The notes beneath the pieces were generated by a model. The model saw only the letters and a list, made by a program, of their open reading frames with translations. It was not told the origin of the DNA and ran no database searches. A stretch of DNA of 64,000 nucleotides, from NCBI GenBank assembly GCA_013416795.1, contig RQSC01000027.1:519911-583910 (forward strand), written 5' to 3'. This DNA is from Prasinococcaceae sp. CCMP 1430. Taxonomy: Eukaryota > Plantae > Prasinodermophyta. Positions 12,373 through 22,625 of this stretch are shown here, piece after piece. Every line of letters begins with the position of its first letter. The stretch's first letter is position 1. Position numbers and translations under genes: made by a program.

Positions 12373-13031
12373 GATCATGCGCCGCCGCCGGAGCCGGCGC
12401 GCGACGGCGGCGGCCTTGGCCTGCTCCTCGAGCTTCTTCTCGGCCTGGAGCTGCTTCCTGAGCAGCGCCTTCTCGCGCTTGGCGCGCTCCTCAGGGGTGA
12501 GGGTGGCCAGCTCCTTGCGCTCCTTGGCGAGGTTCTTCTTGAGCTCCTTGCGGTCGCGCTTGAGCGCCTTCTTGGCCTGCTTCTCGCGCTCCTTCTGCGC
12601 GAGCGCCGCCAGGACGGTGTTCTGCGCGACGGCCGCGCCGCCGAACCGCGCGTCGAGGAGCTAGAAGTAGAAGTACTTGCGCAGTGCGCAGTACGAGAGC
12701 CCCTCGTCGGTCGTGATCTGTGCATGCGTGCGTGCGTGCGTGCGCGGGGGTGAATGCGCCGTGTGTGAGGGCCGGCGAGAGGGTGGCGCGAGCAGGCCGG
12801 AAGGGAGAGAGATTGGGTGGGGGATGGGGATGAAGGAGGGGCAGACAAGGTAGGAACGCGAGGGCAGTGGGAGCATGGGATGGGTGGGTATGGGAGCGCG
12901 GCGGTGCACGCGTCAGCGATTGCCCACACGTGGCGCGCGTGGTACCGCGCTCGGCCGCGCGCGCTCTCGCAGGCGCGCGGACGCACCATCTCGACCTTCT
13001 TCGACGCGACGGGGGCGGTGTTGGCATCCAT
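12373..13031 (-). CDS. Orphan small basic coiled-coil protein, left copy; exon 1 13031-12987, intron 12986-12718; apparent internal TAG at 12661-12663
   Basis: MDANTAPVASKKVEM|ITTDEG... continues into a Lys/Glu/Ala-rich body identical to the right copy. The in-frame stop lies inside a 55-nt mirror block, so it is probably not real. Confidence 0.7.
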
Positions 13032-13319
13032 CCTGGGTTGAGGTGGGGGTGGGTTGTGTGTGTTATGTGAGAGCTGAGGGTGCTATGGTGGGCTGTGCGT
13101 GTGCGCGATGTGGCGCCCCCGCTCCCGCGGAGCCACGCCCACACTTCCTTCCCCCCCCCCACACCCCCGCGGCGCGGCCCGCGCACACGCGCGCACACAC
13201 GCGCCCGCGCGCGTGTAGCGCTTTCGTTCCCCGCGCGTTCCTCCCCCGTAGCTCCTCGCGCACCTCCGAATCGCGGGCATCGAGCGCTTTCGCTCCGCGG
13301 GCCCGCCGCGCGCGCGGGG

Positions 13320-14091
13320 NNNNNNNNNNNNNNNNNNNNNNNNNNNNNNNNNNNNNNNNNNNNNNNNNNNNNNNNNNNNNNNNNNNNNNNNNNNNNNNNN
13401 NNNNNNNNNNNNNNNNNNNNNNNNNNNNNNNNNNNNNNNNNNNNNNNNNNNNNNNNNNNNNNNNNNNNNNNNNNNNNNNNNNNNNNNNNNNNNNNNNNNN
13501 NNNNNNNNNNNNNNNNNNNNNNNNNNNNNNNNNNNNNNNNNNNNNNNNNNNNNNNNNNNNNNNNNNNNNNNNNNNNNNNNNNNNNNNNNNNNNNNNNNNN
13601 NNNNNNNNNNNNNNNNNNNNNNNNNNNNNNNNNNNNNNNNNNNNNNNNNNNNNNNNNNNNNNNNNNNNNNNNNNNNNNNNNNNNNNNNNNNNNNNNNNNN
13701 NNNNNNNNNNNNNNNNNNNNNNNNNNNNNNNNNNNNNNNNNNNNNNNNNNNNNNNNNNNNNNNNNNNNNNNNNNNNNNNNNNNNNNNNNNNNNNNNNNNN
13801 NNNNNNNNNNNNNNNNNNNNNNNNNNNNNNNNNNNNNNNNNNNNNNNNNNNNNNNNNNNNNNNNNNNNNNNNNNNNNNNNNNNNNNNNNNNNNNNNNNNN
13901 NNNNNNNNNNNNNNNNNNNNNNNNNNNNNNNNNNNNNNNNNNNNNNNNNNNNNNNNNNNNNNNNNNNNNNNNNNNNNNNNNNNNNNNNNNNNNNNNNNNN
14001 NNNNNNNNNNNNNNNNNNNNNNNNNNNNNNNNNNNNNNNNNNNNNNNNNNNNNNNNNNNNNNNNNNNNNNNNNNNNNNNNNNNNNNNNNNN
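13320..14091. other. Assembly gap (772 N)
   Basis: Run of N. Confidence 1.
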
Positions 14092-14421
14092 GGGCAGAGC
14101 ATGACGCGTGACGCGTTCATGAAGATGAAGATCGAGGAGCTGCGCGCCAACGGCGGCGCGGCCGTCGCGCAGAACACCGTCCTGGCGGCGCTCGCGCAGA
14201 AGGAGCGCGAGAAGCAGGCCAAGAAGGCGCTCAAGCGCGACCGCAAGGAGCTCAAGAAGAACCTCGCCAAGGAGCGCAAGGAGCTGGCCACCCTCACCCC
14301 TGAGGAGCGCGCCAAGCGCGAGAAGGCGCTGCTCAGGAAGCAGCTCCAGGCCGAGAAGAAGCTCGAGGAGCAGGCCAAGGCCGCCGCCGTCCGCGCGGCC
14401 GAGGCCGCCGCCGCGTACTAG
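14092..14421 (+). CDS. Orphan small basic coiled-coil protein, right copy; 5' part is in the gap
   Basis: GQSMTRDAFMKMKIEELRANGGAAVAQNTVLAALAQKEREKQAKKALKRDRKELKKNL...AAAAY*, with extreme GC3 codon bias. Confidence 0.8.
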   Translation, partial: GQSMTRDAFMKMKIEELRANGGAAVAQNTVLAALAQKEREKQAKKALKRDRKELKKNLAKERKELATLTPEERAKREKALLRKQLQAEKKLEEQAKAAAVRAAEAAAAY

Positions 14422-14570
14422 CGCGCTCGGGCACTGTTGTACCCATGCTTGTCACATAACGAAGAACGCAACCTTCGCACTTTCAGTCCTCGAGGCCGCG
14501 CTCGCGGAGTCGGCAGAGCGCGCGCGCATCGTGCAGCCGTCGCGTCGCGCGGAGTAATAGGGAACCTATG

Positions 14571-14575
14571 TTACA
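14571..14575 (-). promoter_or_regulatory. Chlorophyte-type TGTAA polyadenylation-like signal after the SF3B1 stop
   Basis: TTACA on + lies about 45 nt beyond the stop. The same motif follows other stops at 27203 (+), 31671 (-), 50350 (+), 53708 (-) and 59523 (-). Confidence 0.65.
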
Positions 14576-14618
14576 GCGGGACCGCGTCGACGGCGAGCCC
14601 AACAATAAACGCCCGACC

Positions 14619-17600
14619 TCAGATGAACATGTCGAGCTCGTGGCGCCTGTACGTGTTGCCCGTCTCCTCGTCGTCGGCCATCTCGGGGTAGTAGCCCACG
14701 AGCGCGGCCGCGCTGCCCACGTACAGGTTGTTGTACACCTTCCAGTACGTCTCGCGCACGCGGCGCGCCGGGTGGAAGAGCCCCGCGAGCGTGTAGTACA
14801 GAATGGGCTGTGGGCCGAGCGACACGCGCAGGGCGTCGATGGCGCCCATCATGGCGTTGATGAGGTGCGGGCTCGTCTCGAAGATGTTGGGCCATATGAG
14901 GTTGAGCAGGTGTGTGAGCGCGTCCTCGCAGCCCAGGCCCTGCACGCCGAGCGCCATGTGCTGCACGGTGGCGGCGGCCGTCTGGCGGTGCACGTGGTCG
15001 CGGTCGATGAGCGCATCCTCCAGCAGCGGCGTGACGGCGTAGATGTAGTCCTTGGCCATCTCGCCCACGTACTCGAAGAGGAAGCTCAGGGACTTGAGCA
15101 CGCCGTTCTGCACATTTATCTCGGGCGTGCGGTACTCGTTGAGCAGCGCGGGCAGGACGGTGAAGGGCGAGCACGTCTCGGCCACGATGGCGATGGCCAC
15201 GGTGGTGCACACGCGGTTCTGGCGCTCCTGCACCTTGAGATTGTTGAGCAGCGTGACCAGCACGTCCTGCGGGCCGATGGCCTTGGCGATGTACCCGAAG
15301 GTGCTCACGGTGGCGCGGCGGATGCCCTTCTTGTGCGCGCGGAGCATGTCGAGCAGGTCGAAGCAGATGCGCATCCACTCGCGCGCGGGCACGAACTCGG
15401 CGCCGCGGTCGGCGATGCGCCCCACCAGGTTGATGCACTCCTCCTGCACCTTCTCGTGGCGGTTCTTGAGGATGGGCGTCAGGCGCGGCAGGAGGTCCTT
15501 GATGGGCGGCGTCATGCGCGACATGCCGATGACGTTGACGATGCCCTTGAGCGCGCCGAGGTGCGAACCCAGCACCTCGGGGTACTCCTCGCCCAGGTTT
15601 TCGAAGATCACCACGCCCAGGTGCCCCATCAGCTGCTCCTCGTCGCAGTCGGCCATCACGGGCGCGATGCGGGCGATGAGGTCCGACGCCTGCTGACGCA
15701 CGGCCGCGCTCTTGTTGTTGAGGCGCCACTTGATCACGCCGACGATCTGCGGCAGATAGGCCTTGGTGCGCTTGCCCAGCGCGCTGACCACCTCGCCGAA
15801 GCCGTCCAGCATCACGCGCGTGTCCTCGCCCGCCTGCTCCTGGAAGGCGTACAGCATACCGTCCACCAGCAGCTCCTCCATGCGCGCGTCCAGGTCGGCC
15901 GCGCCAAGCTCCTTGACGACCGCCGCGATGGCCTCCATCACCATGCGGCGGTAGGGCTCCGCCTCGTCCTTGAGCCCCTCGACAATGCGAGACACCACGT
16001 CCGAGCATCCCACCTTGAAGCTGAGCTCCACGGTGGTCTCCACCACCTGTGCGTAGTTGCGCCGATCGAGCGCCATGCGGCGCACCCAGAAATGCTTGAA
16101 GAACTCGGGGAGCACCTCCTCGCGGACGTAGTCGGGCTCCACGCCGTCCGTGCCCACACACTGCTTGATCACCTTGAGGACGATCTTCTTCATCTCCTCG
16201 TCGGGCGAGGCGAACTCGCGGATGAGAACAGGCATGACCTCGCGTGTGTAGTAGTTGGCGTACATGGCGTCCATGAGCGGGATAATGAAGCCCACGGCCT
16301 TGAGGAACGCGGCCAGCGTCTTGCCGCGGTGCGTGCGGATGCCCTTCCACAGCGGCTTGAGCACCGTGTCGAAGCTCTCGATGCCGTACGGCGCGGCCGC
16401 CTCGGCGAGCGCCGACAGGCTCAGCGCGGTGATGGTGCGCACTTTTTGCTGCTCGTCGATGAGCCCGTGCTCGATGATGCCCACCAGCGCGCGCAGGTGC
16501 GGGAGCACGGCGCAGCCCAGGAGGATGGCGATCTGCTGCACAATCTTGACCCCCGTGTGGCGCGCCTGCCACGACTTCTTCGAAAGGCAGACGGCCTTCA
16601 AGAAGGGAAGCAGAGCGGGGATGCCAAGCGCGCTCGACACCACCGCGAAGGCGCGCGCGGTCGTGTTACGCACATACTCGTCGGGGTTGTCGATGTCGGG
16701 GCGCATCGCGGCGATCATTGTCGCCAGACCGGCGGCCTTGGCCAGGTTGGAGATGATCTCCCTGCCCTCTACGCGCGCGTAGTAGTCCTCGTCGATGAGC
16801 AACGGCTCGATCACCACGAGGATCTTGTGCACAAACGGACGCACCAGCTCGTCCAGCTTGTACAGCACGCGGTCGATGACCTTCACGAGCAGGTGGCGCT
16901 CCTGGTCCTCCAGCGTGGGGCTCATCAGTAGCGGCAGGATCTGGTTGAAGAGCGGGCCGGCGCCGTACTCGCGCGCGCGGTCGGTGAGCGTGCGCAGCGC
17001 GACCTTGCGCTGCATCGTACTCCCGTTCTTCACCTTGAAGAGCAGCGTCATGATCTTGCGGTCGCGCGCCTCCGCGGCGGACATGTCCTCTTCGTCGCGC
17101 TCGTCGAGAATTGCGCCGAAGTATTGCATGTCCTCGGGCTTCATGTCTGGCAGGCCGCCCGGCATCTCGCGCGGCATGTCAAATTGCTGCGTGTGATCCT
17201 CCTCCTGTATGGAGAAGCCGCTCGACATGGGCGCCGGGGTGGCCATGAGTTTGCGTGCGGGAGTCATGATGGGCACGTAGCCAGCCGGCGGCTCGAGGAT
17301 CTTGTACCCCTCCGAGGGCAGCATGGCGTCGAGGTCCTCGTCGCTGAGCGGGCGGTTGCGGAGCATGAGCTCGCGCTCCAGGCCAGTCAACCCGGCCATA
17401 GTGCCGGGCGTCATCGAGCCGTCCGCGATGCCCATGTGCACGGGCGTCTCGCCGAACGCGCCCGCACCGACGACCGTCGCGCCGCCCGGTCCTACCATCG
17501 ACCCCGCGCCCACGGGCGTCTCATCCCAGCGGCTGCGCCCGCGCCGCGGCGTGGCACCCGCGATGTCGCCAACGGCGCCCGCACCCGCCGGCGTCTCGTC

Positions 17601-18583
17601 CCAGCGGCTCCGCACCTGCGGGGTTGCGTCCACACCGCCGCCCGCGCCCGCGGGCGTCGCATCCCATCGGCTTTTGCGCGCTGGCGCCGGCGCCTCCAGC
17701 TCCCCCCACCGCGAACCTCCCAGCGCTGGCGCGCTGGCGCCGCCACCCGCGGCGTCGCCCGAGGGCCCCGCGTCCCACCTGCTGCGCTTGCGGGGCTTGG
17801 CCTCCGTTAACGCCGCGGGCGCTGCCTGCGTCGCTGCGCCGAGGCCGCTCACGTCCACGCCGTCGCGCTTTGCCTTGGCGATCCGCTGCAGCGCGTCGGC
17901 CTTTTCGCTCTCCAGCTGCGCGTCGCGCATGATCTCGCCATAGCTGCGGGCGTTGGCGCCCTCTCCGCGTTCCGGGCTCAGCGTGCGCTGCAGGCGGCGC
18001 TGCTTGTAGTCGGACTCGCGCTCCGTGATGCGCTGCCGGCCCCCGCCGAAGCCCTAAACGTCGCCACGTCGAGCAGAGCGGAGCGAGCGAGCGCGCACAA
18101 CCGGCAAACGGGCGTGTGCACGGCACGCGGGACGCGGGCGGGACAAGCGCGCGAAGAGACATGTCAGAAACGAGCCTTCGCACGACCGAAGCTGCCGACG
18201 CGCACGCGCGGGCCGCGCCCATACCCCAGCCTACACCCTGTGCGACCCGCCTGCGCCGGCGCGCGCGCGCGCGCACGCGCTGAACGCACCTCGGGCAGCG
18301 TATCGTCTCGCACGTCGGCGCGCGCGATCTCGTCCATGATCGCCTTGGGTGCGGTGTAGCTGGAAAGCTTTTTCGCCACCGCGCCGCGCCCGTCCTCCCC
18401 TTCCTCTTCCATCTCGACGTCCGCGCCCCCGTCCGCGCCCACGTCGATGGACGCGTCATACTGTGCGCGCTCGTCCTCGTCCTCGCCGCCGCCCGCCCCG
18501 AGGCGCGTCGCGCCCGCCGCGAGCGCGACGCGCGCGGCGCCCGCGGCGCCGGCCGCCTCGCACGCCACCGCGACCGATCCCAT
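14619..18583 (-). CDS. SF3B1: Splicing factor 3B subunit 1; intron 18054-18289
   Basis: LSSYTAPK, several RWD/RWDETP ULM motifs, [14 protein letters not shown] and a highly conserved HEAT region ([41 protein letters not shown]). GTGCGT..TAG joins in frame. Confidence 0.98.
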
Positions 18584-19354
18584 CGCGTCCCAAGCCGGGG
18601 ACCTCCCGCTGGATCCCCCTCCACACCCCCCACACACCCACCCCACACACCCCAGCAGCCACGCGCCCGCACGAGTGCGCGCGCGCGGGGTCTGGCGCGC
18701 GCGCGCGCATTTCCCGCCAAACGCGCGCGAAAACATTGGGTTTCCACAGACCCCAAATGTCATCTCTCGAAATGAACTACAGAAAACATCAGAGACGCGC
18801 GCCGCGGCAGACCCTAACCTCGGGCGCGCGCGCGAAACGCACCGCCGGGGCGCGCGCGTGCGTTTTGACCGGACATCAGGGTCTCTCTCCCGGCGGGTCG
18901 GCGCCGAAAGCGCATTCACAAATGCCATCAAACTTCCCAAACCGTAACATATGGAAGGCGAGGTTTGGGGTCAGGCTGCCACGTCAGCCTCCTGCGCGAT
19001 GCTCATCGAAAACCTGCCAACGGCCGAGCCGAAGGCGAGGCCGCCCATCGACCCCGATCTGGCCCGGCACCACCCGGGTCTTCGCGTTTTTTTTCCCAGA
19101 TAAAGCGGGGTAATATGGGTGTGTCCCCGCGCATACCGGGGGAAAGCGGACGAACCGCCGTTCTGACGCCCGGGCGATCGAAAAAAAAAAAAAAAGCCGG
19201 TCGTTCGTCACACCCTCTTTCGAGCTCGAGGCGTGTGTGCTGGGATTGGCGCGCAAACAAACAAAAGAAAAACCGGCGCCCATCGAAACGCATTGCAAAC
19301 GGAGGCAACCCTAAAATCCCCCCAGCGAGCGCACGCGGATTCAGACTGGCCAGA

Positions 19355-20380
19355 TTACGTCGCCTGGGCGACGGTGAGCTCGTCCGAGCCGTACCGCCTC
19401 AAGCTGAATATCCGCCGCAGCAGCCCGTCGTCCCTCCGGTCCTCGGGCTCGGCCCACTGCTCGCACCTCCAGCCGCGCTCCCTCGCGATGGCGCCGAGGC
19501 GCGCGTCTGCGTTGACGGCGACGGCCTCGCCGACGGCCTCGAGCATCTCGAGGTCCGCGAACCCGTCGCCGTAAGCGACGGACTCCTCCATCACGATTCC
19601 CTGCGCAAGGCCGCCGCGTGGTGCGCGCATTCCCAGCGCACGCGCATGAAGCGCGTTGTCAGTTGGGCTCCAGCAAAGCACGGCCATCGCAGGGGTGTGC
19701 GTGCGTGAGCGTGCGCATCGCGTGCCGCATGAATGGACGCTCACCTTCTCCTCCGCCAGCTGCAACATGCGCTTCGCCTTCTCCTTGTCCGACACCGGCG
19801 CGCCCAGGATCTTGCCCGTCAGCCTCGCGTCCTCGTCCTCCTCAAGGCTGGCGGCGATCATTACGTCGACGCCCAGAGCCACCGCGAGGGGGCGCGCGAG
19901 GAAGTCGAGGGAGCCTGTGACCAGCACCAGCACATAACCCGCCTCGCGCAGCCGCTCCATCTCGGCGCGCGCCGCGGGACGTACACGTGGCGCGAAGTAC
20001 TCCCTGTGGACGTACTCGGCGAAGGGGCGCTTGAACGATGCGTGTCGACCCTTGTACGACGCGTAGAACACGCGCTGGAAGAGCGCGCGGTCGAGCCTGT
20101 CGAGGACCTTGTATGCGACGGCCTTGAGCGCGAAGTACGGTACCCACAGCAGTCGGTGGAGCAGGGGCATCTCGGCGAGCTTGAGGAACACGTAGGGCAT
20201 CACTACGTTGGACTTGAGGAGCGTGCCGTCCACGTCGAAAAACGCCGCCCTACGTTCGCCCGCTGGCGGGAAGTCGACGCGCCGCCCACGGCGCCCCGCG
20301 CTCGCGCGTGTGCGCGCGCCCCCGCCAGCCCAGCGCGCGCCGACGCCCGCCAACGGCGCCCCGGGCTGGCACGCCGCCAT
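19355..20380 (-). CDS. HAD-superfamily subfamily IB hydrolase (phosphoserine-phosphatase-like); intron 19601-19744
   Basis: Motif I FFDVDGTL, motif II LVTGS, motif III K (KEKAK) and motif IV AYGDGFADLEML. The N-terminus resembles a transit peptide. Confidence 0.88.
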   Translation of the reverse strand: MAACQPGAPLAGVGARWAGGGARTRASAGRRGRRVDFPPAGERRAAFFDVDGTLLKSNVVMPYVFLKLAEMPLLHRLLWVPYFALKAVAYKVLDRLDRALFQRVFYASYKGRHASFKRPFAEYVHREYFAPRVRPAARAEMERLREAGYVLVLVTGSLDFLARPLAVALGVDVMIAASLEEDEDARLTGKILGAPVSDKEKAKRMLQLAEEKVSVHSCGTRCARSRTHTPAMAVLCWSPTDNALHARALGMRAPRGGLAQGIVMEESVAYGDGFADLEMLEAVGEAVAVNADARLGAIARERGWRCEQWAEPEDRRDDGLLRRIFSLRRYGSDELTVAQAT

Positions 20381-21135
20381 CGCGCGCACCGCCTGCCCTA
20401 TCCCCTTTCAAATTCGCGTGTGAGCGGTGAGTGTGCGTGCGCGTTAGGTTGCCAGGTGGGTGGAGGTGGGCGGGTGGGGTGGGGGAGGGCGAGATGGGGT
20501 GACGTGTGTGGGTGGGTGGCGGGCTGGCCTGAGAACCGGGGTGGTGGTGAATGCCACCCTCCCCTTCCGTTCCACGCTCTCTCGCTCACACACACACACA
20601 CACACACACGCTCACACACTCACACCGACCCCTCCCCCCCCCCTGCGCGTGCGCGCCCCGCCCCGGTTCCCCGTCCTCCGGATCGCGCGCGCGCTGTGTG
20701 GCTCACGCGCCTGCGCGCGCGCGCGCGCTCGACGCCGCCGCGCTGAGCTGGCGCCCTGGCCGGCGCTCGGAACAACCCAAACCCCGCGCGTGCCTGCTGG
20801 ATGGGGAAAAGTACGTCACAACGCATTCAATTATATACCCTATTTGCATTGCACGAGACCCTAAACAGCGGAGTGGCGGCGTGCGTGCGTTCTGTAGGTG
20901 GGCTCTGAGAGCGCGGCGGCGCCGCCGAGCGCCACCCCCCCCTCTCACCCCCACCCCCCAGCAGGCCTGGGCGGCCGGGCGGGCCGCCGCGCTGGGCGTC
21001 AGAGGGCGCGCTGCGCACGCGTGGCGGAGGGAAGGGGAAGGGAGGTGGGGGAAGGGGCGGGCCGCGGACGAAAGGGGACGCCTGCGGGCAAGGGGTGGAG
21101 GGGCACACGGCGCTGCACGCTGCGGGCGCGCACGG

Positions 21136-21733
21136 ATGTTCCGGCTGCCCGTCGAGAGCGACACGGCGTTCGAGGCGCTGAACCTCTCGTTGGTGGGCTG
21201 GGTCCTGCTGGCGTTCGCGCCGCGCTGGCGGCGCACGCCGGCGATCACGCTCGCGATCGCCGCAGCGTCCTCAGTGCTTTACGTCTGCCTCGCTGTGGAG
21301 GGGGTGCTCGGGGGCGCGGGCACGCAGCCTGAGGGCGCGGGCTTCGGGTCGCTGCAGGCGGTGTCCGCGCTCTTCTCGAAGGAGCGCAACGTGCTCGCGG
21401 GCTGGACGCACTACATTGCCTACGGTGCGAGCGAGCGAGCGTCACGTCGCTGAGCGCGCGCCCCGCTGCCTGGTCCTTCCGCTCGGGGGTGGCTCTCGGC
21501 TGACCCGCGCTGGCGCCGCTGAACGCACACGCCCTTGCCCACGTCCCGGACCAGATCTCCTCGTTGCACGCGGATGCGTCCTAGACGCACAGACGCGCGG
21601 CGTGCCGTGGCCACTGGTGTCCTTGCTGCTACCGCTGTTCCTCATGGCTGGCCCAGTTGGGCTCGTCGCATACCTGGCGCTGGCGTCATTCTACCCCGTG
21701 CGAGCAGCCAGCCGTGCTCGCAAGACCGAGTGA
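21136..21733 (+). CDS. ABA4-like/DUF4281 membrane protein; intron 21425-21554
   Basis: WVLLAFAPRWR, GFGSLQAV, LAGWTHYIAY|DLLVAR and LFLMAGPVGLVAYL match the family signature (GWxHYLAFDL...GPxG). Confidence 0.85.
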
Positions 21734-21780
21734 GCGCCGTGCGCGCCGCCCTACGCGTTCGCAAATGCAGCGACGTGGCG

Positions 21781-22606
21781 ATGGGGCAGGCCATGGCGGT
21801 TGGCACGTGGGCGTTGGCCGCATTTATGCTGTTGTGGATCATTGTGCTCCCTGGATCGCTGTGGGGCGGTGCCGCGTCGCTGCGTGCCCTTGGTCAGGAA
21901 CCCCTTGCAGGTGCGCGAGCGAGCGTGCGTCTGCGCGGGAGCAGTGCACGCACTCCCCTCGAGCACCGAGGAGGCACCGCTGACCCGCTGAATTTGCGTG
22001 TTCGCCACAGTTTCAGAGGCCAACCTCTTGCATCTCGTCACAAAGTTCGCGCCGCATGCAGACGTGCGCCTGCTCCACCACGCCGCGAGTGCCCTGTGGG
22101 CAGCGCTCGTGCCTCTGCAGCTCTCGCGCTCGCTGCGCGTGGCCTACCCTGCCGCGCACAGGTGGTCAGGCAGAGTCATGGCGCTCCTGGCGATGCCGAT
22201 CATGGTAGGCTTTGTCCTGATCATGAGGCGTGGCTTGACGTATGACGCCACGTTTGGCGGCAAAGTACCTGTCGTGTTCCAGGTGGCCCTCTATTTTGTG
22301 GGCGTGGCTTTCAGCGCGGCAGCTGCGCTCACGGCGTCACACGCCCGAGCCCGACGCATACACAAGCACCGAGCGTGGGCCAGGCGCTACGTGGCCTTGG
22401 GCGGATGGGTGGCTGCGCAGCGCGTGCTCGTGCTGTTGAGCGTGCCGGTGGTGAGCGCCCTCTCGGGCGGGGTTTTGAGCGCGGAGCATGGCAAGCTCAT
22501 ATTCGAGTACTGCGGGCTGGCGGGTATCGCGTTGTGCCTCTGGGCCGCCGAGGCGGCCAATGCGGAGGACGCGCGGGCTGCGGCCACCTCATCAAGCACC
22601 GTATGA
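21781..22606 (+). CDS. DUF2306-like multi-pass membrane protein; intron 21911-22010
   Basis: Several TM helices with LHH..., LQLSRSLR, AHRWSGRV and HKHRAWARR (conserved His-containing motifs typical of DUF2306). GTGCGC..CAG joins in frame. Confidence 0.72.
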
Positions 22607-22625
22607 TACAACACTCAGTGACGCA

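Larger units (their letters stand above)
12348..14446. repeat. Inverted duplication centred near 13397; arms 12348-12702 and 14092-14446 are visible on either side of the gap
   Basis: 12403-12643 is the exact reverse complement of 14151-14391. The flanking 55-nt blocks match as mirror (reverse-only) sequence. Paired coordinates sum to 26794 throughout. Confidence 0.95.

Noticed and set aside
12661-12663. In-frame TAG suggesting read-through, recoding or a pseudogene
   Set aside because: It lies inside a 55-nt mirror block; the paralogous copy has ATC (Ile) at this position.
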